A stretch of 64,000 nucleotides of DNA from Candidatus Hermodarchaeota archaeon (GCA_016839365.1 JAEOUH010000070.1:1-64000), one strand, 5' to 3'. Shown: positions 30,301 through 40,593, counted from the stretch's first letter. Program-made: numbers and translations. Notes: generated by a model not told the origin, from the letters alone.

Positions 30301-31719
30301 ATGAACATTCGAAATATCTTAGATGAAATCGATACCCAATTCAGCACGACACTGAACCAGTTACAAAATTTTCTTCGCCAGCCTAGCATTAGTGGGACAG
30401 GAGCTGGAATTAACCGCACCGTTCACCAGGTGTTTACAAAACTAGATTCCCTTAACTTCGAGACGACGGTGATCCCCACTCCCAGCAACCCTATTGTCTT
30501 TGGTAAAAACACCTCTGCAGGTAAGAAAGCGCCCTCATTACTCATTCATACTTCAATCGATGTGATGACAACTGAATCAGAGGCGTGGTGGTCAGTTCCT
30601 CCATTTGCTGCTGAAATCAAAGATCACACACGCTTCGGACCCAGCCTCATGGCTAGAGGTGCATACACTCAAAAAGCTACACTAATGGCCCTTCTTGAAA
30701 CCCTTTCAATTATCCAAGAAGTCGATGATACATTCCCCATCAACTTAACCCTTGTTGTGGACAGTGAAGAAGAAAGCGGCAGCCCAAGTCTCCCGGCATT
30801 TGTCAAAGAAAATGAGGAAGAACTGAAGAGGGTTGATGCGGTGTATTATCCTTTCTTTGCTACGGATCGAAGAGGTATAGCTAGACTGTTTCTAGGAACC
30901 AAAGGCATCGTATTTCTTCGGCTTCACTGTCGGGGACCTTCAAACCGGGATCTTCACTCCGCGGAAGTCGGTTGGATCCGCAATCCTGCCCATATCCTTG
31001 CAAAAGCGCTTTCTAGCTTAGTAGATATTCATGGACACCCTCAAATTCCAGGATTATTAGATGATGTCCAACCTCCCACAGAAGAGGATGAACGCCTAAT
31101 TGTGTTGCTTGCGGAATCCTTCGATCCAGGCATTGCAGCCCTCCAATTAGATGCCAAGAACCTAACTATTGAAGCTGATTCCAAAGTTGATCTGCTTCGT
31201 CGCTTCCTCTTTGAACCTACTGTCAATATATCAGGAATTCAAACAGGCTATGTAGGCGACTCATTCAAAACTATTCTTCCCAGGCAAGCCTCTGCTCACA
31301 TTGATATCCGGCTAACGCCCAACGAAGACCCTCACCGCGTCTTCAAGGTTGTCGAAGATCACCTTACCCACCTCGGACTCAGCGGATTAATTGAACTTGA
31401 ATTGGGCTACACGATGAACTGGTCAAAAAGCTCAGATAACACCCATGTGGCAAAATCTCTCTTAAAGTCCTACTATGAAGCGGGAGTGGATAATGTGGAA
31501 ATTTGGCCTATGTTTCCTTCAAGTGTACCTCTCTATGTCTATGCAGAACCGCCATTGAAGAAACCATTTGTCATTGGAGGGCTTGGTCACGGCGGCCACG
31601 CACATGGTCGCGATGAGTATGTGGTCGTGGAAGGCATCCGCCACTTTCAAAAGGGCTTCACACACTTTCTTAATTTCTTCAGCCAAACTGGCAGCAGAAG
31701 TAGCGGCGGAAAAACATGA
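30301..31719 (+). CDS. M20/M25/M40 family metallohydrolase (degenerate metal ligands)
   Basis: W..PPF, ARGA, EEESGSPSL, DLHS, PTVNISG, AHGRDE. Confidence 0.85.
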   Translation: MNIRNILDEIDTQFSTTLNQLQNFLRQPSISGTGAGINRTVHQVFTKLDSLNFETTVIPTPSNPIVFGKNTSAGKKAPSLLIHTSIDVMTTESEAWWSVPPFAAEIKDHTRFGPSLMARGAYTQKATLMALLETLSIIQEVDDTFPINLTLVVDSEEESGSPSLPAFVKENEEELKRVDAVYYPFFATDRRGIARLFLGTKGIVFLRLHCRGPSNRDLHSAEVGWIRNPAHILAKALSSLVDIHGHPQIPGLLDDVQPPTEEDERLIVLLAESFDPGIAALQLDAKNLTIEADSKVDLLRRFLFEPTVNISGIQTGYVGDSFKTILPRQASAHIDIRLTPNEDPHRVFKVVEDHLTHLGLSGLIELELGYTMNWSKSSDNTHVAKSLLKSYYEAGVDNVEIWPMFPSSVPLYVYAEPPLKKPFVIGGLGHGGHAHGRDEYVVVEGIRHFQKGFTHFLNFFSQTGSRSSGGKT

Positions 31720-32531
31720 CCGTTCGAGTTGAACTCCTCATCATCGGAAACGAACTTCTGTCTGGACATACCCTTGACACGAATTCCCAATGGTTAGCCC
31801 AACGGTTACTCGAAATTAAACTCCCTGTCAATCAGATACTGATAATCGAAGACCAGGTTGAAGTCATTGCCACAGCCATCAAAAGTAGTGTAAGATGTCA
31901 AACAAATCTCCTAATCACGAGTGGAGGACTAGGCCCAACCTTTGATGATCTCACTGCGAGTGGTCTAGCACTCGCAGCAGACACTCACCTTGAAATGAAT
32001 CCCTTAGCTTTGAAGATGGTATCCCAACGTTACAAAGAACTTCAGGTCCAAGGGTTGGTGGAAACGGCTGAACTCACTCCAAGTCGAAGAAAAATGGCAA
32101 AGCTCCCCCCGAAAGCTATCCCCATCCCCAACTGTGTGGGTTCAGCTCCAGGGATTCGAATGCAACTAGAGAATACACTCATATTTTGTCTTCCAGGGGT
32201 GCCCCAGGAGCTCTATGCAATGTTTATTGGCGCTGTTATTCCTATGATTACATCGTTATCTGAAAAAGTCATCGAACAGGATACAGTTCAAGTTCCTATC
32301 CTCGATGAATCAGTGCTTGCCCCCCTAATTGATCAGGTCATGTCGGATAAACAGGGTGTATATCTCAAATCCTTACCACGCCCTTATCAATCCCGTCAAC
32401 CTCTCTGGGTTGCCCTCACGGTCACAGCATCAACCAAAGAAGAAGTTTCATCCCTTCTTTCAACAACTCGGAGGCAGCTGGAAGAACTCACCCATGCTCA
32501 TCGTCAATGTGAGCTACCGCTAGATAAATGA
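31716..32531 (+). CDS. CinA-like molybdopterin-binding domain protein
   Basis: IGNELLSG..LDTNS, SGGLGPTFDDLT, LPGVPQE. Confidence 0.9.
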   Translation: MTVRVELLIIGNELLSGHTLDTNSQWLAQRLLEIKLPVNQILIIEDQVEVIATAIKSSVRCQTNLLITSGGLGPTFDDLTASGLALAADTHLEMNPLALKMVSQRYKELQVQGLVETAELTPSRRKMAKLPPKAIPIPNCVGSAPGIRMQLENTLIFCLPGVPQELYAMFIGAVIPMITSLSEKVIEQDTVQVPILDESVLAPLIDQVMSDKQGVYLKSLPRPYQSRQPLWVALTVTASTKEEVSSLLSTTRRQLEELTHAHRQCELPLDK

Positions 32532-32572
32532 AACTTGTATGGCCAATATTGCTAAAGGGGACGCTGGTGAGT

Positions 32573-32785
32573 TTACTCGTCTCCCAGTTCTATTCCAAGC
32601 ACTTCATCTAGTTTGTGATGTGTTTTCTTTTCCAACTGTTCTAGACTCTCTTCAAGAAATTCCTTGATAGTACGAGTGCTGTTCGTGTGTTCAGCTTTCC
32701 ATGCGAGGAAAGAAGCCACAAGTTCAAGAGCATCAATCACTCCTCGCAGATACCGAGGGTCAAGATTGTTCGATTGAATAGACAT
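32573..32785 (-). CDS. small hypothetical protein
   Basis: GGTGA SD before ATG 32785; helical YLRGVIDALE. Confidence 0.6.
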   Translation of the reverse strand: MSIQSNNLDPRYLRGVIDALELVASFLAWKAEHTNSTRTIKEFLEESLEQLEKKTHHKLDEVLGIELGDE

Positions 32786-33027
32786 CTCTACTTCACCAAG
32801 AAATAGCAGTACTAAGGTAGAGGTCTCTGAATCCTTCAATTTAAAGCTTCTCCCACCAATTCCTCAACTTGGAGAATCCAAAAAAGCTTCAGAACACATC
32901 TTTCGAATTCCTTGATGCGGCAAAATCCGGTGCAAGAGCCATCGGACTACTTAAAAGCGTCGGTATGAAAATCCCTACTTGAGGAGCCTACTCCGCCTGG
33001 AGCATGTTCGAAAGGGGAATTCAAGCC

Positions 33028-33507
33028 ATGCTCGATGAAAAAGATCAGAAGATCCTACGTGAACTTGAGCGTGACTGTCGTCAACGCACAAATACTATCG
33101 CCAAAGCCACAGACATTCCAGTCACCACTGTCCATAACCGCATCAAGAAACTATCAAGCTCAGGTCACATCCACTCCTTTCGAGCTATCCTCGATCCAAT
33201 CAAGTTGGAAAAGCCCTTGGTCTCTTTTGTGTTCGTCTCTCTCAACCGTAATGCCATAGAAGCGACTGAGTCGAAAACTGACCGTGAGCTTATCTCTAAA
33301 ATTGCCTCACACTCAGCCGTCCAAGAGGTACATACAGTCACCGGAGATTGGGATTTGTTACTTAAAATCCGGGCTAAAGATATTGGTGAACTTGAAGGGA
33401 TTATCACCTCTGAGCTACGTGAACCCAAACTCATTGACCGGGCTCAAACAATCTGTGCCATGGCCACCTACAAAGAAACCACGAACCTCTTATACAATGG
33501 CTGCTAA
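33028..33507 (+). CDS. Lrp/AsnC family regulator
   Basis: LDEKDQKILREL, TVHNRIKKL, VTGDWDLLLKI. Alternative start at 33004. Confidence 0.92.
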   Translation: MLDEKDQKILRELERDCRQRTNTIAKATDIPVTTVHNRIKKLSSSGHIHSFRAILDPIKLEKPLVSFVFVSLNRNAIEATESKTDRELISKIASHSAVQEVHTVTGDWDLLLKIRAKDIGELEGIITSELREPKLIDRAQTICAMATYKETTNLLYNGC

Positions 33508-33513
33508 ACTCAG

Positions 33514-34128
33514 TTGATGATACGGCCCCTTTTTCTCGCTTCTAATTCTCCTCGTCGAGTCCAGTTACTTGCTCAACTTGGATTCGAATTTACGGTTTGC
33601 ACCCCACAAAACCAGGAAACGCATCTCAAACAAGGTTCAGATGACGAAATCGTCAGAGTAGCAAGTGAAAACGCCTTACAAAAAGCACTCAGTGTTCTGC
33701 CGATTATTGAAGAGGGTATCATCCTGGGAGGTGATACACTTGTTGTCACAGATGACAACATGATTCTTGGAAAACCCAAAACCCCCGAAGAGGCCTTCAA
33801 GATGCTTCAAAAGCTTGTTGGCAGAACCCATCGGGTCATCTCCGCTGTCGCCGTGGTGGACGTAACCACGAGAAAAATACGGCAGGGACATGCGTGGACC
33901 AAAGTGACATTCAGAGATGTATCTGAACAAGCTCTCAGCGAATATGTGTTGACAAGGGAACCACTTGGCAAGGCAGGTGGATATGCAATCCAAGGTAAAG
34001 GTGCGTTTCTCGTTAACGAAATTGAAGGAAGTTACACATCTGTTATCGGATTACCCACGGAGCTAGTCGTTTCACTTCTCAATGAATTTGGAATTACACC
34101 TCTCCTAAGATCAGGCTCCAGGATCTAA
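33514..34128 (+). CDS. maf: Maf family nucleoside triphosphate pyrophosphatase
   Basis: LASNSPRR, GGDT, LGKP, GKAGGYAIQG, GSYTSVIGLP. Confidence 0.93.
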   Translation: MMIRPLFLASNSPRRVQLLAQLGFEFTVCTPQNQETHLKQGSDDEIVRVASENALQKALSVLPIIEEGIILGGDTLVVTDDNMILGKPKTPEEAFKMLQKLVGRTHRVISAVAVVDVTTRKIRQGHAWTKVTFRDVSEQALSEYVLTREPLGKAGGYAIQGKGAFLVNEIEGSYTSVIGLPTELVVSLLNEFGITPLLRSGSRI

Positions 34129-34722
34129 TACAAAACTAGAAGCAATGAGATGTGCAACCCGAATAGGCTCAGGGATGCGGCTTCGGGTTGCTGTTTTCTG
34201 GACTAACTCTACGATCTGCTGAAAAGGCATCCCATGCCACTGTATATAAACAGGAGCACGCCCAGGACGAGATTCCACAACCCTAACTGGTCCTGCGTTC
34301 GTAAGTCGAGAATATTTCTGTTCCCACTCATCTGGATTGATTTTCTGAAGCGCTTTTTTGACCTGACGCATATCTGGTTTTGAATCCGACACCGAAATGA
34401 CAGGTAATTTAGTATCCTCAACCAGCACTTGAAGATCCAACACATTGGTTCCACCGAAGATTGTATCACGGGTCATTATTACTCGCAACTGACCATAATG
34501 TGGCGAGGTGTTTACCATTTGGGTGAGTCGCCGTGTTACATCATCACCATCCACGCGGATGGGCATCTGAAGACAGCCCTCCATCCATTGTCCTCCCCGA
34601 AAGACTACACCTACCAATCGTGTCCACTCATGACGCCCTCTTTCAAACCGAGCATCATCCACACCAAGAATACGAATCTCAGGTTTAATTTGTTGTATCT
34701 CCACTTCATACACCCCTGGCAT
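34111..34722 (-). CDS. DUF99 family (endonuclease V-like) protein
   Basis: RILGVDD, VDGDD, FGGTNV, IPEPIRVAHLIAS. Confidence 0.9.
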   Translation of the reverse strand: MPGVYEVEIQQIKPEIRILGVDDARFERGRHEWTRLVGVVFRGGQWMEGCLQMPIRVDGDDVTRRLTQMVNTSPHYGQLRVIMTRDTIFGGTNVLDLQVLVEDTKLPVISVSDSKPDMRQVKKALQKINPDEWEQKYSRLTNAGPVRVVESRPGRAPVYIQWHGMPFQQIVELVQKTATRSRIPEPIRVAHLIASSFVLDPGA

Positions 34723-34865
34723 ATTTATAATGTGTAAACTCCTATAATGGTGTCTAGAGTTTATTGAACTGCGTAACTAGTCAAATTGACTGCTTGTACA
34801 TCAAAGCGTTTCACGTCAAAAAAGCGAACACCTAAATAGCCCCTAATTCCTCAGGGCGGCAGAGC

Positions 34866-35450
34866 GTGCGAGCTACGATGTCCCCGGGTAAATACTCTGA
34901 TATTTTTGAGGACACCGAGCAAATACCAGTCCAAAGAACCCGGCAATTATCGAACCGACTCGCCAGCTTACCGAAAACTGACCTTGTTTTACTTCGCCGA
35001 ATCTATGATGTGCCGAATGACGTTGAAGCCAAGAAAGTCATCTCTGCAGCTCTTCTCGATGAATACTCCATTCAAGAACTCCGCCTAGCTCTGGCTGTTC
35101 TGGATGGCGTCCATGAACTCCCGTTAGCTGAAAAGCCCCTAGGTTTCGAACACGCCAAACCCTGGAAACCCATAGAAGACACAACACCTCTCCCTCCGAA
35201 ACGATTTTTCGCCCCCTCAGATGAATCTCCATCACTTCCATCAGCAAAAACTGCCCAAGAAATCAGCGATATCCTCACAAGTATCCCTATGGACGATTTT
35301 CAATGGCTCCTCAAACACTATAACGACATCCACGACCTTCGCTCACGCCTTATCATTGTCAAAAACCGTCTCTACCAATACAACTGGGAAGATGTTGCTG
35401 CCACCCTTGCAGCTCTCAAACGCACTCTTCCCCAAGAAGAAACTGACTAA
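34866..35450 (+). CDS. hypothetical protein with two copies of a small helical domain
   Basis: Paralog of the next gene (EYSIQELRLALAVL; SRLIIVKNRLYQYNWEDVAATLA). Confidence 0.72.
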   Translation: MRATMSPGKYSDIFEDTEQIPVQRTRQLSNRLASLPKTDLVLLRRIYDVPNDVEAKKVISAALLDEYSIQELRLALAVLDGVHELPLAEKPLGFEHAKPWKPIEDTTPLPPKRFFAPSDESPSLPSAKTAQEISDILTSIPMDDFQWLLKHYNDIHDLRSRLIIVKNRLYQYNWEDVAATLAALKRTLPQEETD

Positions 35451-35544
35451 TCTAGCACAAAATAGTACCTCCAAAATTCGTACGAAATGGGAACAGCTAA
35501 ATTTCACCAATTCCTTTACTCCAATTCGAGGAGGGAATATCCCT

Positions 35545-36159
35545 TTGCTTGACAGGAATCGTCCTCCATATGTAATTGCGAAACGAGTCAAGGTACACCG
35601 GGCTAGGTCACTTTCAGATCAACTCTCAAACCTCTCATCAGATGAGCTACGGCTCCTACGCAAATACAGTAGGGACCCCAAGGAACCCGGCATACAACAG
35701 ATCCTGGCTAAACCCGTTATGGCTGAATATACGATACAAGAGCTCCGGGTAGCCCTAGCCATGCTAAGCGGCGCTGCCAGTGCTCCTGCCCCTGAACCGC
35801 TATCGGTTCCTGGAACCGTCCAAATGGGTCACCCTTCCCATGGACACATCGGTTTGAGAACAAACCTCAGTCTAATCAGCAACCAGAACCTCCCCCTATC
35901 TTCAAGATATTCCCCAGAAATCGCCAAAAAACTCCAGGCCATGTCCGACGACGAACTCCTTCACCTTGCTCAACACATTGGCAACCTTAGCGATCCTAGA
36001 AGTCGTTTCTTAATCATCCGCTACCACCTCTACCAGTACCACCCCGAAGACATCGCCTCCACGCTGGCCTCCTTATTACGCTTACGGCGCAAGCAAATTC
36101 GCCCTGAACGGAAACGCCGCCCAGATCTCCAATCCGTTTCTACTCCCCGATTTCATTAA
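35545..36159 (+). CDS. hypothetical protein, tandem paralog of the preceding gene
   Basis: GGAGGG SD then TTG 35545; EYTIQELRVALAML and SRFLIIRYHLYQYHPEDIASTLA. Confidence 0.72.
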   Translation: MLDRNRPPYVIAKRVKVHRARSLSDQLSNLSSDELRLLRKYSRDPKEPGIQQILAKPVMAEYTIQELRVALAMLSGAASAPAPEPLSVPGTVQMGHPSHGHIGLRTNLSLISNQNLPLSSRYSPEIAKKLQAMSDDELLHLAQHIGNLSDPRSRFLIIRYHLYQYHPEDIASTLASLLRLRRKQIRPERKRRPDLQSVSTPRFH

Positions 36160-36238
36160 CCTGGCGATTGGTTCTTGGAAGCACTTTTAACCCACCATTT
36201 ATTGAGTGCCACATACGACACCCTCGAGGTGACACACT

Positions 36239-37501
36239 ATAGAACCCAAAGCCTGTGATGAACCAAATCCCTATGAAGTTGCCAAACGCCAACTCGAAAT
36301 CGTAGCTAAACACATGAACCTCAACCCCGATATCCTTGAACTCCTCAAAAATCCCAAACGCGCCCTCGTTGTCAGTCTGCCAGTCAGAATGGATAACGGA
36401 AGAATCAAAGTCTTCACTGGTATGCGTGTCCAACACTGGGATGCGTTTGGTCCCTTCAAAGGCGGCATACGCTATCATCCACAAGTCTGTTTAGATGAGG
36501 TCAAAGCGTTAGCGATTTGGATGTCAATTAAAACTGCAGTTGTAGGCATCCCTTATGGTGGAGCCAAAGGCGGTATCATCTGTAATCCCAAGGAAATGAG
36601 TGTAAATGAGTTAGAACATCTCACTCGGCGGTTCACCCATGAAATCATGGACATCATCGGTCCATATCGTGATGTTCCTGCCCCTGACGTGTATACGAGT
36701 GAACGTGAAATGGCCTGGATTTATGATACATACTCCGAAGCCCAGGGTTATGCCGTACCTGAAGTTGTAACTGGTAAACCAATCTCCGTTGGTGGGAGTT
36801 TGGGTCGTCGTGAAGCCACCAGCCGTGGAACCGTGATCACCATTCGTGAGGCGGCCAAACGATTGAAACTCAACCTGAAAGGTGCGTCTGTAGCTGTACA
36901 AGGATTTGGAAATGTGGGTTATTATGCTGCTGTGCTGATTGCAGAATATGGTTCAAAAATCGTGGCGGTCAGCGATTCACAGGGAGGCATTTATAATCCC
37001 GATGGCGTCAATCCAAAAAAAGTCATGGAGCATAAGAACAAAACGGGCTCTGTCGTGGGATATCCAGGGACAAAGCAAATCTCCAATGCCGAGTTGTTGG
37101 AACTTGACGTGGACATCCTCATACCTGCAGCGCTAGAAAATCAACTCCTTGCCGAGAATGCGCCTCGAATTAAAGCGAAAATTGTTGGTGAAGGTGCCAA
37201 CGGTCCCACCACACCTGAAGCAGATGAAATTCTCTACAAGAATGGTGTCTTTGTTGTACCTGATATTCTTGCTAATGCCGGTGGTGTTACAGTCAGCTAT
37301 ATGGAATGGGTCCAGAATCTAACCCGTGAATCCTGGAGCGAAGACGAAGTGAACACTAAACTCGAACAACGCATGGTCCAAGCCTTCAATGAAGTCTATC
37401 AAGTATATCAGCAAGAAAAGGTTCACATGCGTACAGCCGCATATATCGTCGCATTTCGCCGTATTGCTGAAGCTGTAGAGGCCCGGGGCATTTTTCCGTA
37501 A
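36239..37501 (+). CDS. gdhA: glutamate dehydrogenase (probable ATA start)
   Basis: GPFKGGIRY, GGAKGG, DVPAPDV, VQGFGNVG, EGANGPTT, ANAGGVTVSY. Family-typical N-terminal NPYEVAKRQL lies upstream of the first in-frame ATG (36314). Confidence 0.95.
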   Translation: MEPKACDEPNPYEVAKRQLEIVAKHMNLNPDILELLKNPKRALVVSLPVRMDNGRIKVFTGMRVQHWDAFGPFKGGIRYHPQVCLDEVKALAIWMSIKTAVVGIPYGGAKGGIICNPKEMSVNELEHLTRRFTHEIMDIIGPYRDVPAPDVYTSEREMAWIYDTYSEAQGYAVPEVVTGKPISVGGSLGRREATSRGTVITIREAAKRLKLNLKGASVAVQGFGNVGYYAAVLIAEYGSKIVAVSDSQGGIYNPDGVNPKKVMEHKNKTGSVVGYPGTKQISNAELLELDVDILIPAALENQLLAENAPRIKAKIVGEGANGPTTPEADEILYKNGVFVVPDILANAGGVTVSYMEWVQNLTRESWSEDEVNTKLEQRMVQAFNEVYQVYQQEKVHMRTAAYIVAFRRIAEAVEARGIFP

Positions 37502-37624
37502 TCGCTAAATTGTTATCCTTGCCTCCATAACATAGAAAAGAATCATAGCTATTTGCCTCAACAAAAGGTCTAATTTGATAAACCTGAATTCCTAAGAGTA
37601 GATGAAAGGCTGGTGGACTTCTAG

Positions 37625-38362
37625 GTGCAATACATTGTATTTCAAGCCATTTTTTGGATGATTATGGTTCTCATCTTCATTGGCGTCTGTGTTGGCATTG
37701 CCCGTGATTGTAATCGGATTAGTCGTGATCGACGTCAGAGCCGGAGCGAATACCGCAGGGTCCGTGCACGTAGCCCACCTGGTAAAATTCGAGAGTGGCG
37801 GCTAAGAGACACCCGAGCTGAAGACATTCCCGAAGATAGCACTCATCGACGAGCCTATACCCAATCAAGATTATCTCCTACCCACCCTCAGTATGGTGAA
37901 ATCCAATTAGCGATGTGCCCCGAATGTGAAGCCACCATCCTAGCTGAAACTACGGTCTGTCCCCACTGTGGCACTCCCCAACCTGTTTGTATTGTTTGCC
38001 AAAACTCCATTGTTCCCCTCGACTCCACCCTCAGTTGTCCCCAGTGTCGAGGGCAGGCCCATCGCATCCACTTTCTAGAATACTTGAAGGTCAAAGGTAA
38101 ATGTCCACAATGTAAAACCGACCTCGACCCCCACGAACTCATCGATGAGTCTTCTGAAACTCCCTTTCCGCCATCCACGAGTGGCCTACAACACCTCTGC
38201 ATGGTTTGTAATAGAGCTATTGGGTCAACTGATGTCACCTTGCAATGTCCGCACTGTGAAGGCAAAGCCCATCGGGTACATCTCCTCGAGTACCTTAAAG
38301 TAAAAGGCAAATGCCCCCACTGCAACATCGACCTAGATCCACCAGATCTCCTCGAGGCCTAG
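37625..38362 (+). CDS. membrane-anchored zinc-ribbon plus tandem RING-like protein
   Basis: N-terminal TM, CPEC..CPHC ribbon, and two repeats of CxxC-x12-CxxC-x4-HxxH-(LEYLKVKGK)-CPxC. Confidence 0.82.
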   Translation: MQYIVFQAIFWMIMVLIFIGVCVGIARDCNRISRDRRQSRSEYRRVRARSPPGKIREWRLRDTRAEDIPEDSTHRRAYTQSRLSPTHPQYGEIQLAMCPECEATILAETTVCPHCGTPQPVCIVCQNSIVPLDSTLSCPQCRGQAHRIHFLEYLKVKGKCPQCKTDLDPHELIDESSETPFPPSTSGLQHLCMVCNRAIGSTDVTLQCPHCEGKAHRVHLLEYLKVKGKCPHCNIDLDPPDLLEA

Positions 38363-38420
38363 TTTTCACTCGATTAATGAAAAAATGGAAAAAAGAGAGG
38401 AGAGGCTGAGAACAAAGCTC

Positions 38421-40007
38421 TCAGCCAAGCATCTGTTCGAAGACGTCAGCTTCAACCTGATGTGGCATCCGAATCCCTGTGACTTCAGTCGCAAGTGGCG
38501 TTAACGCCATCAAATCGTTGCGATCCACAAGGTGCAGCTTGAATTTCCGCATTCCAGCAATCAACTGTTGGATACCAACACGGATCCGCTCATAGTAGGT
38601 GTAGACGCCAATCGCTGGCTTGGGAATGTCTTTGTAGTGGTTGCCATACTCGTGCTTCAAGTCAGCAGAGGCGACAAAGAACTTCTCCGGGTCATCACCG
38701 TAGTCATCCACGAAGCTCTTGGGTAACTGACCATTCTTCGCGAGTTCCACAAAGTAATCAGACTTCATAGCTGCGGTGAGTGGTGAACGTGCCACAGCCA
38801 CTGCCTTGAAGAATGGGCCATTACCAAAGTTGCTCATAGCAATCGCTTTTACAATTTGGGCCTCATGGATAAAGCCCCCAGCAATTGAAATGTCAGGGAC
38901 ATGCTTGCCTTTCTTCTTCAGAATCTGACAACCCTTCAGTACCTGAGCCGCCAGATACACGGTCGGCGTGCTTAGCTCATTCATGTGCGCCATGGGGCTC
39001 ATTCCTGTCCCGCCCCCTGCACCGTCAAGGGTGAGCATGTCAACCTTACCTTCACTGGCGACTTTCAAGGCAAACGCCGTCGCTGCGGGTCGATACGCTC
39101 CAGTCTTCAAGAAGACTTTCTTGGCACCCTGCTCGCGAAGCCATTCTAGGTCTTCAATGCAGCTTAGATCCGGCATACCAACACGGCTGTGACGCTCAAA
39201 AGTCTTGATTGTCCCAGCCTTGAACGCTTCTTGAACGACAGGGTCTTCAGGGTCAGGGAGGACTATATACCCACGACTCTTGAGTTTTATAGCACGCTCA
39301 AGGGTTGGTAGACGCACCTCGCCGCCAATCGATTTGGCACCCTGTCCCCACTTTCGTTCAATCACATTCACTTCTAGCTTGGAAATTGCATACAGGTCAA
39401 CTCCAAGCCGTTGGTCTTCAACATTCGTTTGAACCACGATGTCACCGTGTTTCTCATCCCAGAATTTCCGATACGAATCAATACGGAACTGGAGATCCGG
39501 TGAATGGCTGACCTTCCCCTTTGTGATTACACTATCATTATCCATCCCACAGACATTCTCTCCAACTGTTTGGATCGTTCCTGCCATAGCAGAACCCATA
39601 GAGATGCCTTCCCAGTGGTTCTTCGCCACGGCGGTAGACCCGAGCCCGGCAATGAGCATCGGGAGCTTGAGGGGAATGCCACCAACGGAGGTGGAGGCAT
39701 CAGCGTTGGGGAATAATGCCTTGTCGGAATTGGCTTCGATCCCTTCGGCACCCTGGAGAGCAGCAAGCAGCTGGAAGTGTGACCAGTCAAGCCCAAAATC
39801 CTTGTTGGCGGAGGCGGTGCTTTGACCAAAGTATTCATTAGTTGGATAAAGCACCTCGTGGCCACGGAAAGCGGATTTGCTGATCATGCAGAGGACTTTG
39901 CAGTCTCTGATGCAGATGCCACACATGCCGCTGACAGGGTTAGGATCTCGTGTACGGAGGGCGGTGCCATCGGTGGATCGTGCGTTACATAGACTATCAT
40001 CCATCAC
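38421..40007 (-). CDS. glutamate synthase-related FMN-binding protein
   Basis: N-terminal CGIC..C...C, KWGQGAK.IGGE, LKTGAY, DGAGGGTGMSP, IAGG. Confidence 0.88.
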   Translation of the reverse strand: MMDDSLCNARSTDGTALRTRDPNPVSGMCGICIRDCKVLCMISKSAFRGHEVLYPTNEYFGQSTASANKDFGLDWSHFQLLAALQGAEGIEANSDKALFPNADASTSVGGIPLKLPMLIAGLGSTAVAKNHWEGISMGSAMAGTIQTVGENVCGMDNDSVITKGKVSHSPDLQFRIDSYRKFWDEKHGDIVVQTNVEDQRLGVDLYAISKLEVNVIERKWGQGAKSIGGEVRLPTLERAIKLKSRGYIVLPDPEDPVVQEAFKAGTIKTFERHSRVGMPDLSCIEDLEWLREQGAKKVFLKTGAYRPAATAFALKVASEGKVDMLTLDGAGGGTGMSPMAHMNELSTPTVYLAAQVLKGCQILKKKGKHVPDISIAGGFIHEAQIVKAIAMSNFGNGPFFKAVAVARSPLTAAMKSDYFVELAKNGQLPKSFVDDYGDDPEKFFVASADLKHEYGNHYKDIPKPAIGVYTYYERIRVGIQQLIAGMRKFKLHLVDRNDLMALTPLATEVTGIRMPHQVEADVFEQMLG

Positions 40008-40326
40008 GATAAACCTCTTGTTTAATTCTGTCGTGGGGTCTTTACAATCGTAAAGGAGGTTGCCGTTTAGGTGGTCGAGTTAAAAAGACTTTGGTTGTTT
40101 GGCTCTGCTTCTCACTGCTTTCAGCTTAGTTCGGATCCCCACTTTGGTCACGGATACCACTTGCCTGGATTTTTAGAATTATTATTATGATTCCTAGGCT
40201 AATCGTGGTTGCAGCTGGGTTACTCATTAGGGAATCTGGTAAATCTACCAAATGGAGCTAACAGTTTTGATTCCTTGGTAGATAGAAAGCCTTAAGCTGA
40301 CTTTGCTGTAAATAGGGTGTGAGGTT

Positions 40327-40545
40327 TTGTCAATGGGTGTTATCAAAGTCATTGAACTAGTTGGTAACTCGACGAAAAGTTGGGAAGACGCTGCGAATAA
40401 TGCTGTAAGCACTGCTGCCAAGACTCTTCGTGGTCTTACGGGCGCTGATATCACTGGAATGACTGCTGTCATTAAGAATGGGAAAATCGTCGAATACCGT
40501 GCAACCGTTAAAGTCGCCTTCATGATTGAAGACGTGAAAGGATAG
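40327..40545 (+). CDS. dodecin family flavin-binding protein
   Basis: KVIELVGNSTKSWEDAA..A..TA.KTLR...EYRATVKVAF. Confidence 0.92.
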   Translation: MSMGVIKVIELVGNSTKSWEDAANNAVSTAAKTLRGLTGADITGMTAVIKNGKIVEYRATVKVAFMIEDVKG

Positions 40546-40548
40546 TCT

Positions 40549-40593
40549 GTCGGGTTGGGGGATGGGCTACCGTCCCTTCGACCTTTCTTTTTT
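40549..40593 (+). terminator. hairpin plus U-tract terminator
   Basis: GGGATGG-GCTA-CCGTCCC stem followed by CTTTCTTTTTT. Confidence 0.6.

Noticed and set aside
35221-35544. N-terminal 108 codons of the 312-aa ORF
   Set aside because: Overlaps the previous gene out of frame; SD and paralog alignment place the start at 35545.
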